DNA from: a virus
IMG/VR virus record: IMGVR_UViG_3300044908_000045
Coordinates: 1 to 64,000 of that record
Direction: 5' to 3' (one strand)
Length of the DNA stretch: 64,000 nt
Notes under the pieces: model-generated
What the model saw: only the letters and a program-made list of their open reading frames with translations
Told to the model about the DNA's origin: nothing
The model's database searches: none
Shown: piece after piece, positions 7,034-14,414 of the stretch
How positions within the stretch are numbered: position 1 is the stretch's first letter
Layout of the letters: every line of letters starts with the position of its first letter
Program-made: the position numbers and the translations under genes

Positions 7034-7252
7034 ATCGGGGGTTCGCCCCTGATGGGCGGGCGGGTGAGTGAGTAGAGAAGCGGGCAAAATCTGCAAATCC
7101 GGGGTCGCCCACCGATCGTGTCTTTGGTAACCGCGCCGGTTTCCGTTACGACGGACGATGACGTGGTGATCCTGGCACACCGGGCGTGCTGGTTGAGGAT
7201 TGCTGATTGCTGTTTGATCCGTCCGATTCTCTGCTCTTCCCCGTCCGTTTCC
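7034..7252 (+). ncRNA. Candidate ~220-nt structured RNA with long closing stem
   Basis: 7054-7064 pairs with 7240-7250, 7070-7079 with 7227-7236, 7080-7088 with 7213-7222; UUCG hairpin at 7034-7053. Confidence 0.65.
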
Positions 7253-7278
7253 CTTGCCGGATAAAGGATGTCGGTAAA

Positions 7279-7536
7279 ATGGAAAGAACACTCACACTAT
7301 CAGTGATGCCAGTAGGCACGCCTGTGTGGCTGATGACCACGAACTGGCAGATCCATGCCACCTTCATCAAGAAAATCACGATCGCGGTGGAAAGTGAGTG
7401 GGGCGCTCCCATGGTCACCTATGACACCTGTCACGATGATTTTTGGGGTCAGCATGCTCAGATAGGTCAGACCATTTTCCTCAGTGAGGATGATGCCCGC
7501 GAGGAGGTTGATCGACGGAAGAAGTTGGGCCGCTAG
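7279..7536 (+). CDS. Hypothetical protein
   Basis: AAGGA RBS; PVGTPVW...IGQTIFLSEDDA pattern common in phage small proteins. Confidence 0.6.
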   Translation: MERTLTLSVMPVGTPVWLMTTNWQIHATFIKKITIAVESEWGAPMVTYDTCHDDFWGQHAQIGQTIFLSEDDAREEVDRRKKLGR

Positions 7537-7602
7537 TAGACCGGCTTAGAACGGCGCGCCTACACCGCGCAGAACGGGGTTCGACTCCTCGGCGGCCTAC
7601 CA
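7527..7602 (+). tRNA. tRNA-Val(UAC), C33
   Basis: Loop CCTACAC; GGTTCGACTCC; ACCA. Confidence 0.85.
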
Positions 7603-7636
7603 ATCGCACACGGCTTGCGTTGGCGGCGGCAACGCT

Positions 7637-7996
7637 ATGACAGAACTTGAGGCGTGTACCTATGCTGCCGATCTTCTCAAAAGAGTTGGGTTCGAGCATC
7701 GGTACACCTCGATGCAGAGCGAGGCGTGTTACTATGGGCTACCGGGGCGACGCGAAGTCGTCAGAATTGCAGGACATCGATACGGTGGTGCCGAATACGG
7801 GTTGGCCCCTGTTGTCACATGCCTGACAATCACCGCGAGCAAGGAGTGGTCGGAGGTACAAATCTGTAATCTGACCGCCAGCGCTATCGGCAGTTATTTG
7901 CTTCGGTGCGCGGGGATCATGCCCCTTAGCGCTAAAGAGCGCGCCCGTCGGCAACATCGCGCGCGGCTAACCCAGAAGGAGGTTCCGATGACGTGA
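7637..7996 (+). CDS. Hypothetical protein
   Basis: ORF fills the gap between tRNA and next gene; SEACYY...VRIAGH motif. Confidence 0.6.
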   Translation: MTELEACTYAADLLKRVGFEHRYTSMQSEACYYGLPGRREVVRIAGHRYGGAEYGLAPVVTCLTITASKEWSEVQICNLTASAIGSYLLRCAGIMPLSAKERARRQHRARLTQKEVPMT

Positions 7997-8018
7997 CGCT
8001 CAACATCGGAGGGTAATC

Positions 8019-8717
8019 ATGCGCTACGACATGCACGAGGTCGTCATCGAGCGGCCCCGCAGCGGCGGCGTGTACCGTTATCGCAACATCCGTTCGCGGA
8101 CTAAATCGGAGGAGTGGCCAGACAAGCAGGGGATGAGCCGTCCCTACCCTGAGCACAAGGAGTTCTCGGATTTGCTCGGGCCGCTACGGAGGTTCCTGAT
8201 CAGCCGGGTCGGTCGGTTGTGGAACGATGTCTACTCTGAGATACGGCAGCGGATCAGCCCGCGTTCGACGGTGCAAATCCACATTCTCGGGCACCTCGAT
8301 GGCATGGTTTCGACCAAGCTGATCGAGCGCGATGGCAAACTTTTTGTGTTCGGTCCGTACTGGGTCCACGAGGTATTTCCTGGCGATCTCTACGTCAATC
8401 CGCGCACCGGCATTTTGTGTCGGATGCCGGAACGGCGGCGCTATCCAAGACCGACCCCACCGACCGATGTCGTGGTTCTGGCTCCAGAGAGCGAGTTGCG
8501 CTTGGTCAATGGGATTTGGTACTGGGCGGTGTTCGCCGACGTGCCAGCGCCTTCTGTCGATGCCCAGGGTCGGACGATTCGCAGCATCGCGGTCGATTGC
8601 TTTACCGGCAAGGAAATCCCCTATCCGGGGCGCTATCGGATCGGCAAGCGGCAAGCCAACCACGCCGATCTCAAACGCCACGGTCTGAGCAACAAGGCCC
8701 CTTCGTCTACTGGATAG
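8019..8717 (+). CDS. Conserved basic hypothetical protein
   Basis: MRxDMxxVVIERPR, LGPLRRFLxSRVGRxWNDVYSEI, LYVNPRTGIL motifs; GGAGG RBS. Confidence 0.8.
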   Translation: MRYDMHEVVIERPRSGGVYRYRNIRSRTKSEEWPDKQGMSRPYPEHKEFSDLLGPLRRFLISRVGRLWNDVYSEIRQRISPRSTVQIHILGHLDGMVSTKLIERDGKLFVFGPYWVHEVFPGDLYVNPRTGILCRMPERRRYPRPTPPTDVVVLAPESELRLVNGIWYWAVFADVPAPSVDAQGRTIRSIAVDCFTGKEIPYPGRYRIGKRQANHADLKRHGLSNKAPSSTG

Positions 8718-8771
8718 GATGCCTGGACCTTCACTCCGGGGAAGCGAGTTCGAATCTCGCAGGGGCTACCA
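8696..8771 (+). tRNA. tRNA-Glu(UUC), C33
   Basis: Loop CCTTCAC; GTTCGAATC; ACCA. Confidence 0.85.
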
Positions 8772-8788
8772 ATCCAAGGAGGACGACG

Positions 8789-9100
8789 ATGCCCATCTCT
8801 CGACCACCACCAGTGTCGGACGTGCCCGAGGCTGAAATCACCCACTGGCAAATACGACAGTTGGAAAACGGCGATCGGCATCTCGTCGGCGTCGTTCAGA
8901 ACAGCGGTCACGATGGTCGGGTGTCGTCAAAGATCATCATGATCGGCGAGCGCATCGTGACCACGCGGAGCGGGCGCAGGTACTTTCTGCGTGGGCAATC
9001 GGGGACTGCTCCGGTTGCCGAATACGTCTGGCAAATGTGGTGCCGGTACAACGGGGTTGACCCTGAGACGACGGTTGACGTGACCAAAGATTTTTCTTGA
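8789..9100 (+). CDS. Conserved hypothetical protein
   Basis: AAGGAGG RBS; RHLVG...GRVSSKI...TRSGRRYFLRG. Confidence 0.75.
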   Translation: MPISRPPPVSDVPEAEITHWQIRQLENGDRHLVGVVQNSGHDGRVSSKIIMIGERIVTTRSGRRYFLRGQSGTAPVAEYVWQMWCRYNGVDPETTVDVTKDFS

Positions 9101-9125
9101 CACTCAGGACATAGCGTCCTATATT
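9097..9125 (+). promoter_or_regulatory. sigma70 promoter for the Y-RNA/Ro operon with operator-like palindrome
   Basis: TTGACA-17-TATATT; AGGAC-ATAGC-GTCCT in the spacer. Confidence 0.75.
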
Positions 9126-9135
9126 CCCCTCACAA

Positions 9136-9221
9136 GATCGGCGGCGTAGGGTACGGTTACTTCGTTGCTGTGAACGACGATGGGCTTCGGCCCAGTTCCC
9201 GTTCCCGCCTGTTCCCCGGTC
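9136..9221 (+). ncRNA. Y-RNA-like element 1
   Basis: Closing stem GATCGG/CCGGTC; shares GGCGTAGGG..GG(T)TACTTCG and TTCCCGCYTRTTCC with element 2; directly upstream of the TROVE gene. Confidence 0.65.
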
Positions 9222-9235
9222 GCAGTTCTGATTGA

Positions 9236-9369
9236 CGGCAGACGGCGTAGGGCAGAGGTACTTCGTAGCTCAACTGGTAGAGCATCAGTCTATCAAACTG
9301 ACGGTAGTTGGTTCGAATCCAACCGACCCCGCAAGGGGTTAGCTCCTCTTCCCGCTTATTCCTCTGCCG
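9236..9369 (+). ncRNA. Y-RNA-like element 2 containing tRNA D/anticodon/T arms
   Basis: Closing CGGCAGA/TCTGCCG; internal TAGCTCAACTGGTAGAGC, loop CTATCAA, GGTTCGAATCC; no acceptor stem or CCA. Confidence 0.7.
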
Positions 9370-9412
9370 CCTATCCCTGCGATCGGTTCCTTTCAACAGA
9401 GGAGTAGGTCGT

Positions 9413-10816
9413 ATGGCACGATTGAACGTTGCGGCCAGGAAGCCGCAAACTCCACCACAGGCCACCAACCCAATCTATCCGTCGAATGTCCAGCGTACCC
9501 ATGAGGGCGCGCCTGCGGCAGAGATCCCAGTCGAACTCCAACTGCGCCGTGCTGTGTGTTCCTGCCTGTTGTGGGAGGACACCCACTACGAGAGCGGCAA
9601 GGACATCGGCGACCGCATTGTCGAACTCGTCGGCAAGGTACCGGTGGGAGTCGCGACCACCTTGGCGATGGATGCCCGCAACCATTTCCATTTGCGGCAT
9701 GCGCCGCTGCTGGTCATGGCGGCTGTCGCGGCACCGGGTCGCGGTGGTTCACGGATGATCGGCGAGGCGCTGGCGAACGTGATCCAGCGGCCTGACGAAT
9801 TGACCGAATTCCTGGCGATCTATGCCAAGGTCTACGGCGTGCCGCCAAATGCTGTCCGCAAGCGGCTGTCGGCGCAGGTCAAGAAGGGTATCGCAGCGGC
9901 GTTCGGCAAGTTCGATCGCTATCAGCTCGGCAAGTATTTCTCGCCCTCTGGTGAGAAGGGTCAGCCGATTCGCGCCCGCGATGCGATGTTCTTGACGCAC
10001 CCAAAGCCGCTCGACGAAGAGCAGGCGGCTCATTGGAAGCAGCTTATCGCCAAGAGGGTTGTCGAGGAAGGCGGGGCTGACACTTGGGAAACCAAGCTGT
10101 CGAGCGGCAAGGACAAGAAGGAGACCTTCGAAGAGCAGTTGCGTGCTGGAAAGCTCGGCTATCTCGCCCTATTGCGCAATCTGCGCAACATGACGCAGGC
10201 GGGGGTTGATGAAACCCTGATTGCCGACGCAATCGTCGGTCGTCGTGGGGCTCGACGGGTGTTGCCATTCCGCTATGTCACGGCGGCACGCGCTTGCCCG
10301 CAGATGGCAAAGCCGCTTGATCAAGCACTGCAGCAAGCGATTCTTGATCTTCCGGTATTGCCAGGGCGCACCGTGGTGCTGGTCGATGTCTCAGGTTCGA
10401 TGGACGCGCCAATCTCAGGCAAGTCCGAACTGAACCGCATTGACGTGGCGGCGACATTGGGAGCGATCGTACCGGGCGACTGTCAGACATTCTCGTTCTC
10501 GCACTCGGTAGTTGCAGTTGGCCAGCCACGCGGTCTCTCTGGCATTGAGGCGATCAAGCGCAGTCAGCAGCACGGCGGGACGTATCTCGGTCAGGCTGTC
10601 GATTTCGTGAACAGGATTGATCATGATCGGCTCATCGTGATCACCGATGAACAGAGTCATGACCATGTGCCGGCGCCAAAGGCGAGCAAGGCTTACATCA
10701 TCAACGTCGCCTCATATCGAAACGGCGTCGGCTATGGCAACGGCTGGTGTCACGTAGATGGATTCTCCGAGCAGACACTCCGCTTCATTGCTGAGTTCGA
10801 GAAAATCCTGAATTGA
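9413..10816 (+). CDS. Ro60/TROVE-domain RNA-binding protein (Rsr-like) with C-terminal vWA domain
   Basis: RTHEGAPA, LLWEDTHYESG, IQRPDELTEF, TWETKLS, ALLRNLRN, DVSGSM MIDAS, GGT, ITDEQ. Confidence 0.93.
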   Translation: MARLNVAARKPQTPPQATNPIYPSNVQRTHEGAPAAEIPVELQLRRAVCSCLLWEDTHYESGKDIGDRIVELVGKVPVGVATTLAMDARNHFHLRHAPLLVMAAVAAPGRGGSRMIGEALANVIQRPDELTEFLAIYAKVYGVPPNAVRKRLSAQVKKGIAAAFGKFDRYQLGKYFSPSGEKGQPIRARDAMFLTHPKPLDEEQAAHWKQLIAKRVVEEGGADTWETKLSSGKDKKETFEEQLRAGKLGYLALLRNLRNMTQAGVDETLIADAIVGRRGARRVLPFRYVTAARACPQMAKPLDQALQQAILDLPVLPGRTVVLVDVSGSMDAPISGKSELNRIDVAATLGAIVPGDCQTFSFSHSVVAVGQPRGLSGIEAIKRSQQHGGTYLGQAVDFVNRIDHDRLIVITDEQSHDHVPAPKASKAYIINVASYRNGVGYGNGWCHVDGFSEQTLRFIAEFEKILN

Positions 10817-11043
10817 CCCCTGACGATCTCCGGGAGGCTGGGCTCTATCTCTATGGTTGGGGATGGCAGACCCGGCTTTCCGAGACGCTTGGTGTCGCGG
10901 ATCGCACCGTGCGGCGGTGGGCGTCGGGTGCCGTCGAGGTTCCTGGTCCAGCGCGATGCGCGATCCACTGTCTCGTCGAGAGCAAAAAGTTACGCGCCAG
11001 CAGCACGATGGACCGTGCGTCTGACTCCGGATCAGAAGGTTGA
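10813..11043 (+). CDS. Small HTH transcriptional regulator
   Basis: WQTRLSETLGVADRTVRRWASG; overlaps the TROVE stop codon. Confidence 0.75.
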   Translation: MTPDDLREAGLYLYGWGWQTRLSETLGVADRTVRRWASGAVEVPGPARCAIHCLVESKKLRASSTMDRASDSGSEG

Positions 11044-11069
11044 AGGTTCGACTCCTTTCTGGCGCTCCA
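10994..11069 (+). tRNA. tRNA-Arg(CCG)
   Basis: Loop CTCCGGA; GGTTCGACTCC; TCCA. Confidence 0.85.
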
Positions 11070-11073
11070 TTTC

Positions 11074-11150
11074 GGCCGCGTGGTCCAACTGGATGGGCAC
11101 CCGCCTTCTAAGCGGGGACAATGCAGGTTCGAGCCCTGTCGCGGTCACCA
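11074..11150 (+). tRNA. tRNA-Arg(UCU)
   Basis: Loop CTTCTAA; ACCA. Confidence 0.9.
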
Positions 11151-11353
11151 CTTCGGGGGGGAAAGGACAATGAGCGATCCGAATCTGTGGACCGGGATGT
11201 ACCGAGAATGGGATCGCGAAACTCGCGCGCGATACCCGATCGAGCCTAAGCCAGAGTGGCTGTGGCGGGAGGAGTGGGACCGAATGATCTGGGGCACCCG
11301 AGATGCCATGAAAGCTGCTATGCAGGCAGCGGTACGGAGAAAGGAGGCGATGA

Positions 11354-11617
11354 ATGACAGAGATACGCCTTGAGCTAACTTGTTCCGCCTGCCCTGAGCA
11401 GTATGACGCCTACCTGGGTGATGTCCCCGCAGGGTATCTGCGGTTGCGCTGGGGACATTTCCGCGTCGATTATCCTGAGTGTGGCGGAGAAACGATCTAC
11501 GAGGCCACATTCCCCGATGACCCGTTCAAGGGTGAGTTTGAGGATGAGGAACGTGACCGCTACCTCGAAGCCGCCAAAACGGCGATCCGAGAGCGACTCA
11601 AAAAAGACATCGCATAA
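11354..11617 (+). CDS. Conserved hypothetical phage protein
   Basis: TCSACPEQYD...GYLRLRWG; AAGGAGG RBS. Confidence 0.75.
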   Translation: MTEIRLELTCSACPEQYDAYLGDVPAGYLRLRWGHFRVDYPECGGETIYEATFPDDPFKGEFEDEERDRYLEAAKTAIRERLKKDIA

Positions 11618-11618
11618 C

Positions 11619-11690
11619 GCGCTCGCCAGCGGATCTGGCGCTTCGGCTCCGAACCGGAGATGCGGGGTTCAACTCCCTGCGGGCGCGCCA
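11619..11690 (+). tRNA. tRNA-Arg(CCG), second copy with reduced D-arm
   Basis: Loop CTCCGAA; GCGCTCG/CGGGCGC; GCCA. Confidence 0.7.
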
Positions 11691-11765
11691 GCGCGGTTGA
11701 TGCAAGAGCAGACATCTCCGATTCAAACTCGGAGTCGCCCGGTGCGATGCCGGGACCGCGCACCA
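11691..11765 (+). tRNA. tRNA-Leu(CAA) with short variable loop
   Basis: Arm TCCGA-TTCAAAC-TCGGA; ACCA. Confidence 0.7.
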
Positions 11766-11769
11766 GTTT

Positions 11770-11845
11770 GCTGGCGTAGCTCAGATGGCAGAGCGCCGAT
11801 CTCGTAAGTCGGGGGTCATCCGTTCAATTCGGATCGTCAGCACCA
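11770..11845 (+). tRNA. tRNA-Thr(CGU)
   Basis: Loop CTCGTAA; canonical D-arm; ACCA. Confidence 0.9.
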
Positions 11846-11857
11846 CCAACTTTTCTC

Positions 11858-11886
11858 TTGACGCCTTCGGGATCGCCGCTTATCCT
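11858..11886 (+). promoter_or_regulatory. Putative sigma70 promoter
   Basis: TTGACG-17-TATCCT. Confidence 0.6.
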
Positions 11887-11946
11887 GCGCGTCAGGTGGC
11901 CCAACTCCCGGCGTGGCGCACCGCTCCAATGTGATGGGGACGTTAA

Positions 11947-12681
11947 ATGGCAAAGCTCAACCAGATTATCGCGGTGGAGAAGGGCATCAAGTCGCGGGTC
12001 TACGGCGAGATTACCGAACTCCACAAGGTCAACCAGAAGCCGGCGCTCTTCAGCGGATTCGCCAAGGACTACCATCCGATTGACGATGCTGGCGAGGCGC
12101 TTCCTCCCGAGCGGCAGCGGGTGCAGTACCGCGCCAATGAGATCCTCCAAAAGCTGGCGGTACTCAGTACCGAGTTGATGGATGTCACCGCGCGCAAGGA
12201 CTGGACGAACTGTCAGGCCACGGCCGATGTCTCGGTTGACGGCAACGTACTGATCCCGGCCGTGCCAGTGACGTATTTGCTCTTCTTGGAAAAACAACTG
12301 ACCGACCTGCGCACGTTCGTAGCGGAGTTGCCCCTGCTCGACGAGGCGGACGATTGGTCGCTGGACGACAACTCGGGTCTTCAACGCACCCCAGAGATCA
12401 AGACGCACCGGACGAAGAAGCTTCAGCGGCCGGTCGTGCTCTACGACGCGACGCCGGAGCACCCGGCGCAGACGCAGTTGATCACCGAGGACGTGCTCGC
12501 TGGCTATTGGCACCAGACGAAGCTCTCTGGGGCTATGCCGCGCCCGAAGCAGCGGGCGCTGGCCGAGCGCGTCGAGAGGCTGCTCCAGGCCGTCAAGCAG
12601 GCCCGCGAGGCCGCGAATTCGGTGGACGAGACCGCGACGCCCGAAATCGGCGCGAGGGTCTTCGACTACCTGTACGAATAA
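11947..12681 (+). CDS. Conserved coiled-coil protein (MAKLNQIIAVEKG family, uncharacterised)
   Basis: Strongly biased, high-GC3 codon usage; motifs LNQIIAVEKG, KDWTN, YLLFLEKQL, ATPEHPAQ, VKQAREAAN. Confidence 0.85.
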   Translation: MAKLNQIIAVEKGIKSRVYGEITELHKVNQKPALFSGFAKDYHPIDDAGEALPPERQRVQYRANEILQKLAVLSTELMDVTARKDWTNCQATADVSVDGNVLIPAVPVTYLLFLEKQLTDLRTFVAELPLLDEADDWSLDDNSGLQRTPEIKTHRTKKLQRPVVLYDATPEHPAQTQLITEDVLAGYWHQTKLSGAMPRPKQRALAERVERLLQAVKQAREAANSVDETATPEIGARVFDYLYE

Positions 12682-13037
12682 ACTCAGACTGAGGGTCAAA
12701 TTCAGGAGCGGACGTGAAGGTTCGAGCCCTTCCCCCCGGACCACCAGACCACCGACCGGGGGTGGCGAAATTGGCAGACGCGGTCGTAAGGCTGTCCGCA
12801 GATAAACCTGAGATTATGTCCCCCAAACTGAGTATTGCCGCGCTGGCCCAATCGATCGGGGCGGCACCCAACACCGACAACGCTGGTTCGAATCCAGCCC
12901 TGGCCGCCAATTCACTCTGGCCGGGTAGTTTAGCGGAAGAACGGTCGGCTCTCAGACTCGGGTTGCCCCTTAAACGCCATGGACCGGGCGAAATCGCGGC
13001 ACCGGCCCCGGTGATGTAGGCTACACTCACCGGGGCC
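12680..13037 (+). ncRNA. Structured RNA with two circularly permuted tRNA domains
   Basis: Order T-arm, acceptor 3' strand + NCCA, linker, acceptor 5' strand, D-arm at 12716-12781 and 12882-12942. Confidence 0.8.
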
Positions 13038-13045
13038 ATTTCTCT
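13004..13045 (+). terminator. Terminator-like hairpin
   Basis: GGCCCCGGTGA/TCACCGGGGCC followed by ATTTCTCT. Confidence 0.5.
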
Positions 13046-13059
13046 CAACGGAGCACCAG

Positions 13060-13668
13060 ATGTCTCGCGCAGCGATGAAGGAGCGAAGTAGATCGCTGCA
13101 ATATAACACGCTGATCCTAAACGCCGACTTCTGGCCGCTCAGCACGTATCCGGTGTCTATCAAGCCTGCGCGCAAGGCAATCGAGAACTATATCAAGCGC
13201 AAGGTTGATATAGTTGACGATTGGGGCGTAATGGTACGCTCATCGACGCTGACTGTGCCGGTTCCAAAAGTTGTCGTGCTTAGGCAATTTGCCCCCATCT
13301 ACGGCGAGCCGAAGTTCTGTCGCCGCTCAATACTTGTGCGCGATAAGTTCCGGTGTCAGTATTGTGGGCAGGAGTTCCCATCGCAAGAACTCACCTACGA
13401 TCACGTCATTCCGCGCTCGCTGGGCGGTAAGACGACTTGGACGAACATCGTCACTGCTTGCTTGCGGTGCAACGCTGCAAAGGCGAATAGTCTGCCGCAT
13501 TATAGCGGACGCAAGGGTGTCGTCCGGCCCGGTAAGATGCGCCCACTCAAGGAACCTCGGCGTCCGACTAATGCGGAGCTACTGCGTGCGGGGCTGCAAT
13601 TCCTGCCGAATGATGTCAGGGATGACTTCGGGTCGTATCTGTATTGGCACACTGAATTGCGGGCGTGA
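13060..13668 (+). CDS. HNH endonuclease (type commonly linked to tRNA arrays)
   Basis: LILNADFWPLS, RDKFRCQYCG, TYDHVIPRSLGG, WTNIVTACLRCNAAK. Confidence 0.92.
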   Translation: MSRAAMKERSRSLQYNTLILNADFWPLSTYPVSIKPARKAIENYIKRKVDIVDDWGVMVRSSTLTVPVPKVVVLRQFAPIYGEPKFCRRSILVRDKFRCQYCGQEFPSQELTYDHVIPRSLGGKTTWTNIVTACLRCNAAKANSLPHYSGRKGVVRPGKMRPLKEPRRPTNAELLRAGLQFLPNDVRDDFGSYLYWHTELRA

Positions 13669-13763
13669 CCGCGTGGCGCGGATCAGCTAGAGTGAGGCGC
13701 TGATCCGCGCCAGATCGGCAAGACGACCTCTGACGGCCCGTCGCCGCTGCGGTCGCGGTCGCG

Positions 13764-14411
13764 ATGATGACAGCAGCATCTGGAGCGGTTGTCGGCCCAA
13801 ATGGCGGGCTGATTCAGATCTCGGCCGCGAGTTACACGCTCTCGGCCGAGACGAATAATCTCATCCTTTCGTTTACCTCGGCGTCTGCGGTCACGGTCAC
13901 GATCAATCCTGGCCTGCCAGTCGGGTTCAGCGTCACGGTGATCCAGGATGGTGCTGGGGCGATCACGTTTGTTGCCAGCTCGGGGGTTACCCTAAACAAC
14001 CTCAGCAGTGAACTGACCTCGGCGGGCCAGTACGCGCAGATGTTTCTGAGCAGCGTCGGTCAGGACATCTACGTGCTCAGCGGCGGGGTCAGCGGATCTG
14101 GCGGCAGTGGTATTACGCAGTTGACTGGCGACGTGACCGCTGGTCCTGGCTCTGGGTCGGAAGCTGCGACGCTCGCGACCGTCAATTCCAATGTTGGTAG
14201 CTTTACGCTCGCCAACGTCACGGTAAACGCCAAGGGTTTGGTAACTGCCGCATCAAGCGGGTCGGCAGCACCTTTGGTGCTAACCGGGCAGACCTCGACA
14301 CCAGGATCGTCGGCCGGCACGCTGACCAATGCGCCAGCGGTGGGCAATCCGACGCTGTGGCTACAGATCAGCGTCAACGGCACGACCTATTACATCCCCG
14401 GCTGGACCTGA
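13764..14411 (+). CDS. Virion structural/fibre-associated protein
   Basis: G/S/T-rich; LPVGFSVTVIQDGAGAITF beta domain; LTGDVT...TVNAKGLVTAA fibre motif. Confidence 0.7.
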   Translation: MMTAASGAVVGPNGGLIQISAASYTLSAETNNLILSFTSASAVTVTINPGLPVGFSVTVIQDGAGAITFVASSGVTLNNLSSELTSAGQYAQMFLSSVGQDIYVLSGGVSGSGGSGITQLTGDVTAGPGSGSEAATLATVNSNVGSFTLANVTVNAKGLVTAASSGSAAPLVLTGQTSTPGSSAGTLTNAPAVGNPTLWLQISVNGTTYYIPGWT

Positions 14412-14414
14412 TAA

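Noticed and set aside
9270-9325. Stand-alone tRNA-Asp(AUC) gene
   Set aside because: It lacks an acceptor stem and CCA, and is embedded in the larger Y-like RNA.
11691-11765. UCA opal-suppressor/Sec tRNA
   Set aside because: The 5-bp stem register gives loop TTCAAAC with anticodon CAA. There is no Sec-type long arm, and TGA is used as a normal stop in this genome.
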